Positions 56,107 to 63,526 of a DNA stretch of 64,000 nucleotides are shown one piece after another (within the stretch, counting starts at the first letter, position 1; every line of letters starts with the position of its first letter). Source of the DNA: a virus; IMG/VR virus record IMGVR_UViG_3300021964_000014. One strand, given 5' to 3'. Position numbers and translations under genes: made by a program. The notes under the pieces are model-generated. The model was not told where the DNA came from, did no database searches, and saw only the letters and a list, made by a program, of their open reading frames with translations.

Positions 56107-56606
56107 ATCTTATTGTTTAAATATTGCCATTGCATATAATCTTCTTTGTTGACCATATAACCCCAATGCAATAATGATTGTTGAATGCGCGGGCTTACTT
56201 GCCAATCATTCGTTTCATATATTCTACTATATATTCTTTTCCTCCATCTACCGTTTACACCACAAAAGTCTTGCCATCTTTTTATTTGTCTTTCATCATC
56301 TGGATGCCTTCTACCATTGTAGTATTTCAAATACCATTCAAACCAACCATATGGATCATCTCTATGCATCCAATTCATCTCTGTCCAATAGTCGTAATTC
56401 ATACCGCTTCTTATCTTGAACATATTCATCTTAGGCTTATATTTGTTTCCTAAGTAGAGATGAGGAGACACATCAGCTAACGTTTCTTGAAATAAAGATT
56501 GATAATCGTAATCACCTTCTAACTCTTCTACTCCAAAGTACGATCCTCCGAATGCTCCATTCTTTAGAATATCTGTTGGTGTTAAATAAGGATAAAATTC
56601 TAACAT
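56103..56606 (-). CDS. Conserved hypothetical protein (GAFGG/DPYGWFEWY/DDERQIKRW family)
   Basis: Dense Trp/Gly/Arg motifs suggest an enzyme or nucleic-acid-binding fold; function unknown. Confidence 0.7.
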   Translation of the reverse strand: MLEFYPYLTPTDILKNGAFGGSYFGVEELEGDYDYQSLFQETLADVSPHLYLGNKYKPKMNMFKIRSGMNYDYWTEMNWMHRDDPYGWFEWYLKYYNGRRHPDDERQIKRWQDFCGVNGRWRKRIYSRIYETNDWQVSPRIQQSLLHWGYMVNKEDYMQWQYLNNKI

Positions 56607-57209
56607 TTATATTTGTTTATATCTATTTTTAATATCATAGTAGTTATAGAAGTGGTCCATATCTTGAACTTCTATTTTTAGTTTGTTTACAAACTCTTCT
56701 ACATCTAATCTATTGTCCTTATGAAATAAGTCTTCATAACAAGTTAAAGGAATATTAAATTCATTAGATAAATCAACTATAGTTTTATTCCACTTCGAAT
56801 ACATTTTAAATGTTTGTAATGATGGATCTACACTATGGGAATACTTTGTATGCCAATCTTGAATATGTAAAGCATTTTCATAACTTGTAGCTGCGTCTGA
56901 AACCTCTCTTCTAAGCATTAGAATTACTTTATCAAATTTAGGTATTAACTCTTTATAGAAATCAAACGTCTCATAAAGTCTATAATCTAATAACGGTCCT
57001 CTCTCTATCCCAGGTCTTTGGTGCACTAATGATTTAACAACAGATACTCTATCAGTAAATGTCTCGATAGGGAGATGTGGTAGTCTTTTATGATGCCAAG
57101 GTTCGTAAAAGCTATCATGAAACATTAGTTCATTAGCTATTGACCTATATACAGCACTAGTACCGCTTCTAGCAGTACCTACTATGATGACTTTGCCAAT
57201 TCTTTGCAT
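56607..57209 (-). CDS. Sulfotransferase-family protein
   Basis: IVGTARSGTS PAPS-binding loop, YEPW, ILMLRR...AATS, YEDL. Confidence 0.75.
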   Translation of the reverse strand: MQRIGKVIIVGTARSGTSAVYRSIANELMFHDSFYEPWHHKRLPHLPIETFTDRVSVVKSLVHQRPGIERGPLLDYRLYETFDFYKELIPKFDKVILMLRREVSDAATSYENALHIQDWHTKYSHSVDPSLQTFKMYSKWNKTIVDLSNEFNIPLTCYEDLFHKDNRLDVEEFVNKLKIEVQDMDHFYNYYDIKNRYKQI

Positions 57210-57592
57210 ATCATTTGTTTAAGTTTACTAGCAGACCATCCATGTTCTCTACTTAAGTAATGAGTTCTTATATTGAGATCATCTCCGGTAAATGGTTTAT
57301 CTTTATAATCATCTCCTAAAAACCTAACATCGAACTCTCCTTCTTTAAGTAAATTGTAGAGTTGTTCTTCGTAAGTATACCTAATAACATCATCTACGTA
57401 CCTGATACTACTTAACATATCTTTTCTATACTTTGATGATAAAATTGGTCTCATCTTATAAGGTCTCTCAATTGATGGATCTGTATGAAGTAGCACTACT
57501 AACACAGTACAGTGTTTACTTGCCTCTTTAAATGCTTCATAATACCCAGGATGGTATATATCAAATGCTCCTGCTATAACTCCTTTTATCAT
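57182..57592 (-). CDS. Cytidylyltransferase, TagD/glycerol-3-phosphate-like
   Basis: GAFDIYHPGY (HxGH variant), RYVDDV, LGDDY, REHGWSASKLK. Confidence 0.82.
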   Translation of the reverse strand: MIKGVIAGAFDIYHPGYYEAFKEASKHCTVLVVLLHTDPSIERPYKMRPILSSKYRKDMLSSIRYVDDVIRYTYEEQLYNLLKEGEFDVRFLGDDYKDKPFTGDDLNIRTHYLSREHGWSASKLKQMICKELAKSS

Positions 57593-57750
57593 TTAAACGT
57601 TCCGCTTTTTAATTCGTTTTTAAACTTAACAATCACTTCATAATACTCACCCCACTTATCTCTATCCTCTTCAAAATATGATTGTTCACAACCCCTCTTG
57701 CACTCGTCCTCAACTACCTGTAATAATTTAATTAATTGATCTTTTATCAT
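57589..57750 (-). CDS. 53-aa micro-ORF
   Basis: MIKDQLIKLLQVVEDE...; ATGA overlaps on both sides. Confidence 0.55.
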   Translation of the reverse strand: MIKDQLIKLLQVVEDECKRGCEQSYFEEDRDKWGEYYEVIVKFKNELKSGTFK

Positions 57751-57899
57751 AACCAGTTTATTAATATGTTAATTGATATAAGTACATTAGTTATAATCGC
57801 CTGAAGAATAATCATAGTTCTAATAAATGCTACTCTATCAGCTCTTTTATTATCTTCACCTATCTTCTCTCCTAAAGCTCTAGCCCAAAGACGCCACAT
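57747..57899 (-). CDS. 50-aa membrane micro-protein
   Basis: MWRLWARALGEK...ADRVAFIRT followed by a TM helix. Confidence 0.65.
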   Translation of the reverse strand: MWRLWARALGEKIGEDNKRADRVAFIRTMIILQAIITNVLISINILINWL

Positions 57900-58027
57900 A
57901 CCCACCAAATTAATATTGTTACTATTAATAGTTTAAACGACCAACCTATCATCTTGTAAGTCTTCTCCATACGTTCAGGACTTCTTCCTTGATTTGATCT
58001 ATACTGTCTATACTTCTTTTCTTTCAT
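57872..58027 (-). CDS. 51-aa membrane micro-protein
   Basis: MKEKKYRQYRSNQGRSP... followed by a TM helix; ATGA overlap. Confidence 0.6.
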   Translation of the reverse strand: MKEKKYRQYRSNQGRSPERMEKTYKMIGWSFKLLIVTILIWWVCGVFGLEL

Positions 58028-58227
58028 AACTTATACTTTTTCTTATACTTAGCTTCGAAGCCACTCCCAACTCCTAAGTCTAAAATCTCAGCCCCTACTG
58101 GAAGTAATTTACTTTTAGGGCTGATAATTTTATCAGGGCAAGGTAGATCAGTAAAGATCTTTATCCATACCTTACTCCCGAATTTCTTTTTATAGGCTAC
58201 TACTATCGTTGGTCTGTATAACGCCAT
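58024..58227 (-). CDS. Hypothetical protein
   Basis: 67 aa in tightly packed operon. Confidence 0.6.
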   Translation of the reverse strand: MALYRPTIVVAYKKKFGSKVWIKIFTDLPCPDKIISPKSKLLPVGAEILDLGVGSGFEAKYKKKYKL

Positions 58228-58390
58228 CTATTTCTAATATTTTATAACCTACTACTCTTCTATGCCTACCGTATTGCTCCATTGACCATTCTATTCTATC
58301 AGTTTCTAATTCTAATTCATAGACTTCAACGGAGTTACCGGAGCTTTCGCTTACTTTGATTTTATATTTCTTAGTACTCTCCATTTTCAA
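58190..58390 (-). CDS. Hypothetical protein
   Basis: LETDRIEWSMEQYGRHR motif. Confidence 0.6.
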   Translation of the reverse strand: MKMESTKKYKIKVSESSGNSVEVYELELETDRIEWSMEQYGRHRRVVGYKILEIDGVIQTNDSSSL

Positions 58391-58568
58391 GTCTCCAATT
58401 ATTAACTCTGATTGCTTTCTTCTTCTGCTTTCTCTTAACTACAGAAGGTTTTTCAAAGAATTTTCTATCTCTAATTTCTTTGATTAATTTAGTACTACGT
58501 ACTTTCTGCTTAAACCTTTTAAGCGCTTTGGCGATGTTGTCTCCTTTTTTTAATTTTACTATAAGCAT
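58371..58568 (-). CDS. rpsU: Ribosomal protein bS21 (phage-encoded)
   Basis: MLIV...GDNIAKALKRFKQK...EIRDRKFFEKPSVVKR, Bacteroidota-type N-terminus. Confidence 0.93.
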   Translation of the reverse strand: MLIVKLKKGDNIAKALKRFKQKVRSTKLIKEIRDRKFFEKPSVVKRKQKKKAIRVNNWRLENGEY

Positions 58569-58572
58569 ATAT

Positions 58573-58818
58573 TTAATTTAGTTTTTTAACTTGCTCCCTT
58601 AGAGCTATCTGTAATGTATCGTATTGATGAGCTATACTAGAAGTCGCTAAAAGAGTACCTTTATTATTCAAACAAAATAACTCTATAAAACGATCTGAGT
58701 ACCTCCGGGCTACTTCGATATGTTCTTCGTTTTCACAACTTTGAATTACTCGGAGGCCCTTCCAGAAGGCCTCGTTCTGTAATTCTTTCATATCAAATAC
58801 TTTCTTTTCTTTACTCAT
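58573..58818 (-). CDS. Hypothetical protein
   Basis: RVIQSCENEEHIEVARRY. Confidence 0.65.
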   Translation of the reverse strand: MSKEKKVFDMKELQNEAFWKGLRVIQSCENEEHIEVARRYSDRFIELFCLNNKGTLLATSSIAHQYDTLQIALREQVKKLN

Positions 58819-59336
58819 TAGAATAAACTAAGTTGTACATTTTCTACTTCAGGAGTAATCTTGAATACAGATTCTACTTTTCTAGTAGGTCGGAATTCTT
58901 CACCAACATTATCAATCAACTTACCATCTTTGATGGTAAAAGCATGCTGGCTTACTCCAACGATATACGTTCCTTTAGGATTATCCTTAATGAACGATTT
59001 AACCGTTTTCTTTCTCTTTACGATTTCACCGTAAAGTTTATAACTATTAGTAATCTTTTCAGTAGGTAATACTTTTACTTTAAAGTCTTTACCGTTGATA
59101 TTCATACCTTTTTCTTCAAGTTCCATCATATGTAAAGCTACTAGTTCAGTACCCTTACCTGTTTCTCTTCCAAACTTTTCTTTAACATAACTATGAGCAG
59201 CGTCATAATGAGAACCAGTAGCAGCAGCTACCGCTCTTACAAAGCAGTCATTCTTTTCGTTCTTCGCTACCTCAGAAGTTTGGTAGCCTTTAATTTCATT
59301 ACTTGCGTAACTGTAAGATAAAATTGAATTGTTCAT
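58818..59336 (-). CDS. Hypothetical protein with possible Cys-His dyad (papain-like fold candidate)
   Basis: NDCFVRA...HAFTIKDG; promoter and leader upstream. Confidence 0.55.
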   Translation of the reverse strand: MNNSILSYSYASNEIKGYQTSEVAKNEKNDCFVRAVAAATGSHYDAAHSYVKEKFGRETGKGTELVALHMMELEEKGMNINGKDFKVKVLPTEKITNSYKLYGEIVKRKKTVKSFIKDNPKGTYIVGVSQHAFTIKDGKLIDNVGEEFRPTRKVESVFKITPEVENVQLSLF

Positions 59337-59364
59337 AACCTTTATTGTTTTTATTATTATAATA

Positions 59365-59397
59365 TAAATATAAGAAAAATATTGCAGAATTCCAACT
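59365..59397 (-). promoter_or_regulatory. Bacteroidota-type promoter (operon containing bS21)
   Basis: AGTTG-N20-TATATTTA. Confidence 0.8.
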
Positions 59398-59399
59398 GA

Positions 59400-59789
59400 C
59401 TAACTAAATATTTTCCAATTCTTTTCTTCATCGTAAGCAGCAACCTCATAAGGATGATTATCATATCTATACCCCATATCATAATATCTCTTCATCCAAC
59501 TAGGAGATTGTAAGTAGTGCTGATATTCATGAACTAATGTTTCAATGATATGTTTTCTACTTTCCATATTAGGCCAGTAAACTACAATGCTATTATCTAA
59601 TCTATCATACTCAGCATGACAACCATCTTCTTCACCTTGAGCTTCCGGCTCACCGCTATGACGAGCATAAATATTATAATGAGTTTCTACATATGGAGTA
59701 CATTCAGGGGTAAATTTAGAATACCCGTAATGAGCTTCTATCTTAGGATAAACCTCTTCGATAACTTTTTTAACTTCTTGTAATGTCAT
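59400..59789 (-). CDS. HExxH zinc metallopeptidase-like protein
   Basis: ETLVHEYQHYLQ...HPYEVAA. Confidence 0.75.
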   Translation of the reverse strand: MTLQEVKKVIEEVYPKIEAHYGYSKFTPECTPYVETHYNIYARHSGEPEAQGEEDGCHAEYDRLDNSIVVYWPNMESRKHIIETLVHEYQHYLQSPSWMKRYYDMGYRYDNHPYEVAAYDEEKNWKIFS

Positions 59790-59807
59790 AACCTTTATTA
59801 ATATACT

Positions 59808-59840
59808 ACAATATAAGAAAAATATTCCGGAAAAGCAACT
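59808..59840 (-). promoter_or_regulatory. Bacteroidota-type promoter
   Basis: AGTTG-N20-TATATTGT. Confidence 0.8.
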
Positions 59841-59845
59841 TTTTC

Positions 59846-59971
59846 TTAAAGTATTTTATTTATTCTCTCAGTAAGTTTATTTAACCTTTTATGAATCAGA
59901 TCTGCTTCTTTATAATTCTCTTCTTCAAGAGCTTCGCAAAACTTCTCAGTCCAGTGTTCGTACTCACTCAT
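59846..59971 (-). CDS. 41-aa micro-ORF, UVR-like
   Basis: ALEEENYKEADLI. Confidence 0.5.
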   Translation of the reverse strand: MSEYEHWTEKFCEALEEENYKEADLIHKRLNKLTERINKIL

Positions 59972-60365
59972 TAATTTCTCTAGCAACATCTTTTATATGT
60001 TTACATTTCTTATGGGCAATATACCCCCAACAGTCACAGCTTAAATTGCCATGTTTATTATACTTTACAGTATATGTTTTATTTGAAGAAGCACTTTCGT
60101 AAGTCCAAGTCTTTGGCTCTACAAATAACTCTTCAAAAGGTTTCTTCTCTACTTCTATATCATCAAAAGTAGTTTCTGGATGAACCTCGATCCAGGAAGG
60201 AGTGTGAATCTTTTTTCCATCTTTCATAATAAAACCTCCTTTACCAACATTACTATATGGTACTTTATATGTATGTCTTGTAACCCAAAGGTTACTAGGA
60301 GGGTTAGCTATGCTCAATGACCCCTCAGCATAAACTAACTCTCCGTTCACATTCCACAGTGCCAT
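59964..60365 (-). CDS. SWIM zinc-finger protein
   Basis: YTV...SCDCWGYIAHKKCKHI; likely start MALWNV at 60365 (TAATG). Confidence 0.75.
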   Translation of the reverse strand: MALWNVNGELVYAEGSLSIANPPSNLWVTRHTYKVPYSNVGKGGFIMKDGKKIHTPSWIEVHPETTFDDIEVEKKPFEELFVEPKTWTYESASSNKTYTVKYNKHGNLSCDCWGYIAHKKCKHIKDVAREINE

Positions 60366-61105
60366 TATTCTTGACCTACTGCTAAAGTACCCATCCAACC
60401 AACTCGATTAGGAGTACTAAGGTTAAACATTCTAACAGACATATCTCCACCTCTTCGGTTCTTTGAGAAGAAGAAAGTTCTATCACCTTCTTTAGTCCAT
60501 TTCATATGAGCCATACCAGTCATCATATGCTTAAATCTATTACTACCAGCAAACTCTCCACCTTTAGTAACTTGTTGAATAACTAAGAATGAAGTATTAG
60601 TTTCAGAATCATTCTGACCTAAGTTATGCTTTTCGAATAACGATAATAATTCAGTTTCAGCTTTTTTAGATGACATCCAACCTTTAGTAGTATCAACTAC
60701 AGCATTCTGAATCTCAGCCATACTATCGATAAGTACTACATCCCAACCTTGAGATAAAATACCCTCACATACTTCAAGAGCATTATCGTCACAATGATCG
60801 CCCATAAACAAAATAGGAATCTGACCAAACTTAGGAAAACGTTTTACGTATCCAAACATATCAATACTATTCATCTCACCAGAAATAAACAATACCTTTT
60901 GACCTTTATCTTGCAAATCAGCAAGCATATCCATCATAACGGTAGTTTTACCAATCCCTGGATCTCCTACAATAGCGTAGTTAGTACCTTTCATTAAACC
61001 TCCTTCAGAAGAGAAGTGAGTATCAATAACACGTCCAGATTTCATTGGACGGAATAGAGAAGAATCAAATTTGATATCTTCCATTTTTACTGTTGTAATG
61101 TTCAT
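60365..61105 (-). CDS. RadA/Sms-like RecA-fold ATPase (ATPase domain only)
   Basis: GDPGIGKTT, LFISGEM, VLIDS, TKGGEFAGS, SKNRRG (cf. KNRFG); true start MNITT at 61105 after promoter and leader. Confidence 0.82.
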   Translation of the reverse strand: MNITTVKMEDIKFDSSLFRPMKSGRVIDTHFSSEGGLMKGTNYAIVGDPGIGKTTVMMDMLADLQDKGQKVLFISGEMNSIDMFGYVKRFPKFGQIPILFMGDHCDDNALEVCEGILSQGWDVVLIDSMAEIQNAVVDTTKGWMSSKKAETELLSLFEKHNLGQNDSETNTSFLVIQQVTKGGEFAGSNRFKHMMTGMAHMKWTKEGDRTFFFSKNRRGGDMSVRMFNLSTPNRVGWMGTLAVGQE

Positions 61106-61131
61106 AACCTTTATTGCTTTATTAATATACC

Positions 61132-61164
61132 TTAATATAAGAAAAAACCCAATAGGATCCAACT
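61132..61164 (-). promoter_or_regulatory. Bacteroidota-type promoter
   Basis: AGTTG-N20-TATATTAA. Confidence 0.8.
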
Positions 61165-61174
61165 ATTTCACTAG

Positions 61175-61342
61175 TTATTTCCGGAATTTTTTTCTTTTTT
61201 CTTGGCATTTACAAGAAGAGCAGATACTATTTTCACGCTTTAACTCTTCTTCCATTTCTCGACGTTTGAATTCTAATCTTTCGAATTCCATTCTGTCTCG
61301 TTGACGGGATTGCATATCCCAGGGTCTGTGTTCCCATGACAT
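61175..61342 (-). CDS. 55-aa charged micro-protein with CxxCxC and strong SD (not in ORF track)
   Basis: MSWEHRPWDMQSRQRDRMEFERLEFKRREMEEELKRENSICSSCKCQEKRKKFRK; AGGAGGTGT at 61346-61354. Confidence 0.7.
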   Translation of the reverse strand: MSWEHRPWDMQSRQRDRMEFERLEFKRREMEEELKRENSICSSCKCQEKRKKFRK

Positions 61343-61345
61343 AGG

Positions 61346-61354
61346 ACACCTCCT
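61346..61354 (-). promoter_or_regulatory. Strong Shine-Dalgarno AGGAGGTGT
   Basis: GGAGG core 6 nt before ATG 61342, in AT-rich intergenic DNA. Confidence 0.7.
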
Positions 61355-61369
61355 GTATTTTATTTAATG

Positions 61370-61585
61370 TTAAAATGGTAATGGTTCGTCTTTTGATCTA
61401 TCACTAGGTTTACTGTGATCATCAAACTTTCTGTAATTCATAGAGGCAAAAGGTTGCTCACCTATTTCAGTTACATTAGCATCGATTTTCTCAGCTAACT
61501 TATGAGCTCTTTTACGAGCCATATAATCATTCTCTGCATAGACGTAAACGTCCATTGTTACTACGTATCTATTATCTTTAGCCAT
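61370..61585 (-). CDS. Hypothetical protein
   Basis: 71 aa, ends DEPLPF. Confidence 0.65.
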   Translation of the reverse strand: MAKDNRYVVTMDVYVYAENDYMARKRAHKLAEKIDANVTEIGEQPFASMNYRKFDDHSKPSDRSKDEPLPF

Positions 61586-61817
61586 TAAATGTATAATTTA
61601 TTTTATTATAAATAAACTCATTTCTAAGAAACTCAAGAAGAGTTCTACCAAAGTCAGCTTCGAAATCGCCAACCTCATTCCAATCAAATATAAACCTTTC
61701 AGCTATATCCTCAATTTGAATAGTTTGCAGATTAGGAACAGACTCCTTATTGAGTTGCATAAGCGAAATCGTATCTAGGATCTCGCCAGTAACATAATCT
61801 TTAGTTAAATACCTCAT
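61578..61817 (-). CDS. Hypothetical protein
   Basis: 79 aa, overlapping operon. Confidence 0.6.
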   Translation of the reverse strand: MRYLTKDYVTGEILDTISLMQLNKESVPNLQTIQIEDIAERFIFDWNEVGDFEADFGRTLLEFLRNEFIYNKINYTFNG

Positions 61818-61996
61818 AATGAATAAACTTTATCGCTACCATTAGCTAAAACCAAACAGTTCTCCGAATCGATAACGTATTGATTCATACCTCTATATTC
61901 AATAAGAGTACATTTAGTTTTTACAGGATTATTATCTGGGAAGCTGAGCCCATCCATGTAAAATTCTTCTCCAACTTTCATATCACTTAATACCAT
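61814..61996 (-). CDS. Hypothetical protein
   Basis: Promoter and ATAAAGGTTATG leader upstream. Confidence 0.7.
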   Translation of the reverse strand: MVLSDMKVGEEFYMDGLSFPDNNPVKTKCTLIEYRGMNQYVIDSENCLVLANGSDKVYSL

Positions 61997-62025
61997 AACC
62001 TTTATTTTAACTTTTTAATTATACC

Positions 62026-62058
62026 TTAATATAAGAAGAATAATGCAGAAAAGCAACT
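62026..62058 (-). promoter_or_regulatory. Bacteroidota-type promoter
   Basis: AGTTG-N20-TATATTAA. Confidence 0.8.
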
Positions 62059-62068
62059 ACTTACTAAG

Positions 62069-62593
62069 TTATTTTGTATTAGGTTTCCCCATCATAACCT
62101 TAGTGTGTATTTTTGCTCCTAACTTTCTATCATAAGTACCATCTCCATTCCATTTGATATCCTTACCTTTGAGAGCTTTCCTAACTGTCTCTTCATCATC
62201 AACGATTGCTACTCCTTTTGCTTTTAGAATATCTAATATCTTTCCGGAAACTTCTATGTAGTATCCTTTTTTACTTAAGTCGTCAACTGTTTTAGCGACT
62301 GCAGCTGATCTTGCAGGTTTAGTACCATCATGGCCCATAGCAACTAACTTCTTTCCTCCTGCTCTATTCTTATATGTTACTGTAGCATCGTCTTCTGGAT
62401 CATCATCAAGATCGATAACTGAATAATTATCTCCTGCAGATTTTATATCATCAGGACTAGTCACATTAGGATGGCCGCCAAGAGGAGCATAAGCATTATC
62501 GATAAGTTTAAATAGTTCTTCTTTATCGTCTGCTATCTCTGCTGATGATAATGGTCTCCAGCTCTGCTCTAATAGTATCTTAGTTAACTTCAT
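62069..62593 (-). CDS. Hypothetical protein with MKLTKILLE leader
   Basis: 174 aa globular ORF. Confidence 0.7.
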   Translation of the reverse strand: MKLTKILLEQSWRPLSSAEIADDKEELFKLIDNAYAPLGGHPNVTSPDDIKSAGDNYSVIDLDDDPEDDATVTYKNRAGGKKLVAMGHDGTKPARSAAVAKTVDDLSKKGYYIEVSGKILDILKAKGVAIVDDEETVRKALKGKDIKWNGDGTYDRKLGAKIHTKVMMGKPNTK

Positions 62594-63053
62594 TAGTTGT
62601 TATTTTCTTATAAATATCTTTAAATACCTTTAGATCTGTTCTGTGCCCCATTCCTTCTACTTCAGTCCAGCTTTTAGCTAAGTCCTTATAAACTTTAGTA
62701 GCCTTAGGATCTATTACCTTATCTTCGGTACCAACAACAAAGTTTCTCTCCCAGTTAGTTTCTCCATAAGTTACTCCTTCTGGTTCCATTGATCTACTAT
62801 GAAGTGCTGGGTTAAATAAAAGAACCTCTACATCTAAATGACTACCTAATGCATCAGCAAAGTAACCACCCATAGAAGAACCTATAATCAAGTCTGGTTT
62901 ATTGTGCTTAGCTAACTTTAATAACCCTTCAAACATTCCATGGAAGTTATAGTCCATATAAGGAGCAAATACTTTATCAGCATTTTCATACAAGAAATCT
63001 ACCTTCGGACCTCCGACAGCAGACTCTAAACCATGTAAATACCAAACATTCAT
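62580..63053 (-). CDS. Alpha/beta hydrolase, YqiA/UPF0227-like esterase
   Basis: YLHGLES, IGSSMGGY nucleophile elbow, FNPAL, D...GH triad. Confidence 0.85.
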   Translation of the reverse strand: MNVWYLHGLESAVGGPKVDFLYENADKVFAPYMDYNFHGMFEGLLKLAKHNKPDLIIGSSMGGYFADALGSHLDVEVLLFNPALHSRSMEPEGVTYGETNWERNFVVGTEDKVIDPKATKVYKDLAKSWTEVEGMGHRTDLKVFKDIYKKITTNEVN

Positions 63054-63071
63054 ATCGTAACCTTTTATACC

Positions 63072-63104
63072 TAAATATATGAAAAAAAACGCAGACTAGC
63101 AACT
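63072..63104 (-). promoter_or_regulatory. Bacteroidota-type promoter
   Basis: AGTTG-N20-TATATTTA. Confidence 0.78.
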
Positions 63105-63113
63105 TTATCTTTG

Positions 63114-63187
63114 TGAATCAGGTAGGATTCGAACCTACGACCGTCGCCTTAGAAGGGCGATGCTCTATCCAGCTGAGCTACTGATCC
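63114..63187 (-). tRNA. tRNA-Arg(UCU), CCA not encoded
   Basis: GGATCAG acceptor, TAGCTCAGCTGGATAGAGC D arm, TCGCC-CTTCTAA-GGCGA anticodon arm, GTAGGTTCGAATCCTAC T arm. Confidence 0.95.
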
Positions 63188-63193
63188 ATGTTG

Positions 63194-63466
63194 TTAGAAG
63201 TTCTCTGCCAAGATCTTATTAATATCTTCTCTTGACTGCCATCCTCTCACATCATCTTCTCCTTCAACAAGGACCTCAAAGCTTGAAGCGTCTTCTACGC
63301 TTGTACACTTTGCTTTATTCCCAGCTCTAGAAGTACTGTACAAACCTTCACCACATACTATCGATATAATTTTTCCACCTTTACTTTTTAACCCTCTAAT
63401 TTGAGTCATAATAGCACCAGGTATATTAGGGTGATCTAGAAATAATAAATTATCAAATGTTATCAT
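63194..63466 (-). CDS. Hypothetical protein
   Basis: ISIVCGEGLY...FEV...DVRGWQS. Confidence 0.65.
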   Translation of the reverse strand: MITFDNLLFLDHPNIPGAIMTQIRGLKSKGGKIISIVCGEGLYSTSRAGNKAKCTSVEDASSFEVLVEGEDDVRGWQSREDINKILAENF

Positions 63467-63490
63467 TTTTAATTTTTTAAATTAGGATCA

Positions 63491-63507
63491 GGGGGCAGAG
63501 AGCCCCC
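63491..63507. other. Intergenic hairpin GGGGGC-N5-GCCCCC
   Basis: 6-bp GC stem without an adjacent U-tract; terminator or processing site uncertain. Confidence 0.45.
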
Positions 63508-63526
63508 ATCTCCAGGTTATGAATCT

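Noticed and set aside
61106-61162. N-terminal extension MDPIGFFLILRY of the ATPase in the ORF track
   Set aside because: It spans the promoter and leader cassette; the true start is 61105
5194-61304. Plus-strand ORFs in the supplied track (e.g. 5194..5766, 26140..26517, 39657..40037, 54278..54523, 61071..61304)
   Set aside because: Antisense shadows of clear minus-strand genes, with no motifs or promoters
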